Shown: positions 60,073 through 64,000 of the stretch, piece by piece
Numbering within the stretch: the stretch's first letter is position 1
Layout: every line of letters begins with the position of its first letter
Source: Chloroflexota bacterium
GTDB lineage: Bacteria; Chloroflexota; Dehalococcoidia; UBA2979
DNA length: 64,000 nucleotides
NCBI GenBank assembly: GCA_027593235.1
Contig: JAQCIU010000001.1
Location: 1 to 64,000, forward strand
Reading direction: 5' to 3'
Translations under genes and position numbers: made by a program
The notes under the pieces: model-generated
The model's input: the letters and a program-made list of their open reading frames with translations, nothing else
What the model was told of the DNA's origin: nothing
The model's database searches: none

Positions 60073-61404
60073 ATGGCCCGGCCTTCCATCCGTGGCGTCG
60101 CGCTCGTCGCGGGTGCCGCGCTGACCGTTTCCACCCTCGCGCTCGGCTGCACCGCCGACCGCGATCGCGGCACGCCGACGCCCGTCCAATCGCCTACCTC
60201 CACCGCTCCCGCGCGCGCGGCGATCCCCACCTCCAGCGCCACACCCGGCTCGCGCACCGCGAGCCCGAGTCCATCCCCGCGCTCCACCCCTGAGCTGCCC
60301 CACCGCGTCACCTTCGCCGCCGGTGCAACCATCGATGTCGCGAACGCCGTTGTCTTCGCCAACCTCGACACCCTCGAGGCCGAGGCGTGGGTCATCCCCG
60401 GAGTTGGCGGAGAGGTTGTCGTCTCTCCAGCCGGCAGCTACGTGATCTACGCCACCACGGATGGATTCCGCTTGCTACGCACCGATACCGGGACCGTTCG
60501 CAACCTCGCGATCGGCGAGTCGCCCGCGGCACTCGGCCCCGGTGACACGGGTTTCATCGCCCGCGGACGCGATCGCTTCGTCGGTTCCCTCTTCGACGGC
60601 CAGGGTCGCTCCCGCCGCGACCTCTGGCTGAGCGACCCCGATGCACCGTTTGTCGCCTCGTGGGCCCCCGACGGCGAGGCGATCGCGATCGCTCAGATCG
60701 GTGGCCAGCTGACAACCGTCGCCGTGACGATCTGGCCCGAGCTGATGGGCGAACAGAGCGTTTCGTTCCGTCGCCCGGCCGTCGACGCCGAACCGCCATC
60801 CCTCGAATGGTCCCCCGACAGCCAGCGTCTCGCCGTGGTCACCGCGGATGCGGTCACTATGCTCGACCGCGATCGGAGCTGGCTCTGGACCATCGAAGGC
60901 GAGTTCTCAGGCAACCCTCGCTGGTCGCCGGAGGGCCGGTACCTGTCGGTGTTTGCGAAGCCCTCGGTGGTGGCCCGCGACGGCGGTGAGGCCGGCACGG
61001 TGTTCGCCACGTACGTCTTCACCAGCGACGGCGACGACGTACTCCGCTTTCCGGCCGGCGGCGCCTGCGAAGGCAACCCCTGGTTCGACGCCACCTCCTT
61101 CGCCGCCTTCTCCCACCGCGTCTACCTCGACGGCCGCGTCACCACCTACGAGGGCCCGTCGGCCGACCGTTGGGAGCGTCTCGAGGACCTGGGATTCGAG
61201 GTCGGTCCGGACGTCGGTTACCACTGGGCGCACATCGCCGCTCGCGATGCCTCGCACCGCCTCGAGGACGGCCGGCTCGTCTTCACGACCGTGAACGCGG
61301 GCCACGGCGGGTGCGGAGAGGGCAGCCCTCCGACCGAATGGCCCGCCGCCGAGGTCGATCGCCCGCCCTACGGCCCCGTCCGCGCCGCTCCCGCTGACCG
61401 ATAG
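60073..61404 (+). CDS. Lipoprotein with TolB/WD40-like repeats
   Basis: Lipobox ALGC; SWAPDG, EWSPDS, RWSPEG repeats. Confidence 0.7.
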   Translation: MARPSIRGVALVAGAALTVSTLALGCTADRDRGTPTPVQSPTSTAPARAAIPTSSATPGSRTASPSPSPRSTPELPHRVTFAAGATIDVANAVVFANLDTLEAEAWVIPGVGGEVVVSPAGSYVIYATTDGFRLLRTDTGTVRNLAIGESPAALGPGDTGFIARGRDRFVGSLFDGQGRSRRDLWLSDPDAPFVASWAPDGEAIAIAQIGGQLTTVAVTIWPELMGEQSVSFRRPAVDAEPPSLEWSPDSQRLAVVTADAVTMLDRDRSWLWTIEGEFSGNPRWSPEGRYLSVFAKPSVVARDGGEAGTVFATYVFTSDGDDVLRFPAGGACEGNPWFDATSFAAFSHRVYLDGRVTTYEGPSADRWERLEDLGFEVGPDVGYHWAHIAARDASHRLEDGRLVFTTVNAGHGGCGEGSPPTEWPAAEVDRPPYGPVRAAPADR

Positions 61405-61517
61405 CGAACGTCAGTGATCGATGGTCGTGGACGGCCGAGACGTGTCGCGAGGGCTGCGATCGGTCAACGGATCAATTACAGGTGTGGTACTGTCGCGGGC
61501 GAAGCAGGAGGAAGACG

Positions 61518-61754
61518 ATGGGAGTCCTATCCCGCGTTCGCAGCATGTTCGGTTCCGGGAAGAGCGCCGCGCCCGCAATTCCCGACGATCACGAGTGTCT
61601 GCACGGCACGCTCATGGGCCGGTGGGAACGCCCCGCCGACATGGGCGACGACAGCAAAGCCACCGCCTTTATCTGCAGCGCCTGCAACGAGAGCTTCTCG
61701 CCTCAAGAGGCCACCGAGGTCCGGCGCCGCGCCGTCGAGCGTCTCCGCCTCTAG
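61518..61754 (+). CDS. Small putative Zn-binding protein (HECxH...CxxC), 78 aa
   Basis: AGGAGG RBS; paralog of 2252..2485. Confidence 0.75.
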   Translation: MGVLSRVRSMFGSGKSAAPAIPDDHECLHGTLMGRWERPADMGDDSKATAFICSACNESFSPQEATEVRRRAVERLRL

Positions 61755-61783
61755 CCGTCTCTTTAGGCTGAGCGACCGGGACG

Positions 61784-63106
61784 CTACGCGCCGCCACCGG
61801 CGGCGGTCGCTGCTGCACGCGCCTCGGTGTCCCGCGGCTCCTCGATCGCCACGTCGCCGGGAGGCGCGGGCGGCGTCGCGAGGATGAAGAAGATCGACCC
61901 GAGCCCGGCCATCACCGCCAGGATCGTGAACCCCACCTCGTAGTTCCCGAAGTGGTCGCGGAGCACGCCGGCCAGCAGCGGTCCGGAGATCATTCCCAGC
62001 ATCACAATCATCGATGAGAAGCCCATGATCGTGCCGAAGTTGGTCGGGCCGAAGTAGTCCGCGCGTAGCGACTGCATCAGCGGACCTCGGGCGCCCCAGG
62101 CGAGGCCGTGGAAGGGGACGAACGCCCAGATCATCAGCGTGTTGACCTGGTAGGTCAGCAGCAACAGGCCGATCATGTGACCGGCCATGCAGAGCGTGAC
62201 GATCGCTCGCTTGTTGAGCTGGTCGCCATAAAACCCACCCGCGAGCTGCCCGACGAGCTGCATCACCGGCAGCGCGCCGACGATGAAGCTCGCCCGCTGC
62301 AGGCTCATCCCGACAGCGTCGCTGGTTAGGTAGAGCGAGAGGTGCAGCATCAACGCACCAACTACCAGCAACGCGGAGGCGTGGCCGAGGCTGATCATCC
62401 AGAACGCCCGCGTGCGGAGTGCCTGCTTCGCGGTGAAGTCGACGCGGGTCAGGCCCTCGGGGGCTTCGTAGCCGTCGCCGATCTGGGTCTCGGGGTCGAT
62501 CCCGTCGGGGAACTCGCCAGAGTCGCGGGGCCGATGCCGGATGACGAAGGTCAGCGGCATGCCGACGCCGATCACGATCAGCCCGGAGACGAAGGCGGTT
62601 GCGCGCCAGCCCTCGCTCTCGAGGAAGAAGACCAGCAGCGGCGTCATCGCTCCGCCGATCGCGAAGCCAGTTTGTGAAACGGCGAGCGCGCGGCTGCGGA
62701 ACCGCTGGAACCAGTTGACGAGGGCGGTCGTGACGGAAAGGAAGCCACCGAGGCTCGCGCCGAGTGACATCAGGAAATAGAAGCCAAAGAACTCGACGAG
62801 GCTGTCGAGGGTGGCGAACAGCATGAAGCCGCCGCCCATCATCAGGATTCCGATCTGCATGATGCGGCGCGGGCCGAAGCGGTCGATCATCCAACCCTGG
62901 AGCGGGCCGAGCATGCCGCTTTCGGCGCGGGTCATGGCAAAGGCGATCGAGAGGGTGGTGGTGGACCAGCCGAACTGATCGCGGAGCAGGACGGAGTAGG
63001 AGCCGAAGGCCTGCATGAAGAGGCCACTCTGCATGGCCTGGATGGCGGCGCCGGCGCCGACGATGCGCCAGCCGTAGAACTTGAGGCGGGTACGCACGGA
63101 GTTCAT
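61784..63106 (-). CDS. MFS transporter (OFA/MCT-like)
   Basis: FYGWRIV, GWMIDRFGPRR, NWFQRFRSRA, ADYFG..NFGTIMG. Confidence 0.9.
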   Translation of the reverse strand: MNSVRTRLKFYGWRIVGAGAAIQAMQSGLFMQAFGSYSVLLRDQFGWSTTTLSIAFAMTRAESGMLGPLQGWMIDRFGPRRIMQIGILMMGGGFMLFATLDSLVEFFGFYFLMSLGASLGGFLSVTTALVNWFQRFRSRALAVSQTGFAIGGAMTPLLVFFLESEGWRATAFVSGLIVIGVGMPLTFVIRHRPRDSGEFPDGIDPETQIGDGYEAPEGLTRVDFTAKQALRTRAFWMISLGHASALLVVGALMLHLSLYLTSDAVGMSLQRASFIVGALPVMQLVGQLAGGFYGDQLNKRAIVTLCMAGHMIGLLLLTYQVNTLMIWAFVPFHGLAWGARGPLMQSLRADYFGPTNFGTIMGFSSMIVMLGMISGPLLAGVLRDHFGNYEVGFTILAVMAGLGSIFFILATPPAPPGDVAIEEPRDTEARAAATAAGGGA

Positions 63107-63233
63107 CGGTGGGCGAGCTTTCTTCGCCCGCGCCTGACGTGAGGAACCGTCGCCCTTGGAGCGGTGCAACTCGCTGGCGACGCGGCGGGGGATGTCCGCG
63201 GTTCGCGGCGAGCGAGGCGAGGGCGGGGTCCGT

Positions 63234-64000
63234 TCACTCAGCTCCGCTCGCTGCGAAGGCGCGGCACTTGATGGCGCGTTCGAGGTCGTCGTTCGCCTCG
63301 CGGAGCTTGCGCTGGAGTAGCGGGAGCCGATCGCCGAGGGAGTCGAGCAGCGCCTGCGAGCGTTCGAGGATTGCCGGGTCGACCGCGGACGGGAAGAGGC
63401 GTCCAAAGAAGAGCGAGGCCGGCTCGTTCTCGGAGGTCTCGAAGACGTTGGTGATCACCTCGAAGAAGCGTTCGACGTACGGCTCGAGCAGGTCGCGCTG
63501 CACCCACCACTGGAAGCCGCCCATGGCGGCGCCGGTGAGGTGGAGCGAGCCGTAGCCGTCGCCGAGGAACTTGTCCCAGGCGGCAGCCTTGACCGCGGCG
63601 TCGGGGACGGAGACCTCCGCGAGGAGCATCTGGCGCTGGCCGCGGTCGGAAGGATCGCGGGCCCGTTCCCCGTCGAGGCGGGACTGAGCGCCGGGGAGGC
63701 CATAAGCGACATAACGTTCGGCAATCGACCAGCGCATGTCCTGGTCGACGTTGAGGCCGGGGACGGAGATGGCGCCGTCGGCGAGACGGCCGCACTGCTC
63801 GATGTCCGCCGGGCTCAACGCGAGGCCGAAGAGCGCGCGGGCCCAGATGATCTGCAGATCGGGCTCGGTGGCGTCGCTCAGTACATGCCAGGCGAGTTCG
63901 AAGGCGTCGTGGGCCGCCGCGGCCTTCTGGTCCTCGGGGACGTAGCGGGCGACGGTGGCGTTCATCGTGGCGATCGTGGAGTCGACCAGTTCCTGGTCGG
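63234..64000 (-). CDS. pepN: Aminopeptidase N, C-terminal ERAP1-like domain; start lies outside the window
   Basis: DLQIIWAR, GLNVDQDMRWSI, KAAAWDKF, LLEPYVERFF, EANDDLERA. Confidence 0.75.
   Translation of the reverse strand, partial: DQELVDSTIATMNATVARYVPEDQKAAAAHDAFELAWHVLSDATEPDLQIIWARALFGLALSPADIEQCGRLADGAISVPGLNVDQDMRWSIAERYVAYGLPGAQSRLDGERARDPSDRGQRQMLLAEVSVPDAAVKAAAWDKFLGDGYGSLHLTGAAMGGFQWWVQRDLLEPYVERFFEVITNVFETSENEPASLFFGRLFPSAVDPAILERSQALLDSLGDRLPLLQRKLREANDDLERAIKCRAFAASGAE

Overview
GC-rich bacterial chromosomal window with about 55 genes. Gene content suggests Chloroflexota/Dehalococcoidia-like; this is inference, not proven. It carries a tRNA cluster (Val-CAC, Leu-CAG, Arg-GCG), an FMN riboswitch with a type II lumazine synthase, a Hen1-Pnkp RNA-repair operon whose pnkp has an in-frame amber codon, a VapBC toxin-antitoxin pair, an adenylate cyclase/NB-ARC/TPR protein, a putative copper two-component module, a Dpp-type ABC importer lacking ATPases, a CoA-transferase pair with a carboxyltransferase, acnA, and many GNATs, lipoproteins and hydrolases. 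The most unusual element is a myo-inositol-1-phosphate synthase fused to a Cro-like HTH, with a palindrome inside its own promoter and a possible internal restart. Also notable: two paralogous 77-78 aa putative zinc-binding proteins 59 kb apart, a GNAT gene bracketed by a 40-bp duplication of the acnA 3' end, and several abrupt gene-fragment junctions plus single-base hits at conserved residues (genome decay or assembly error). No CRISPR array, transposase or integrase was recognised. All calls come from reading motifs by eye, without database searches.
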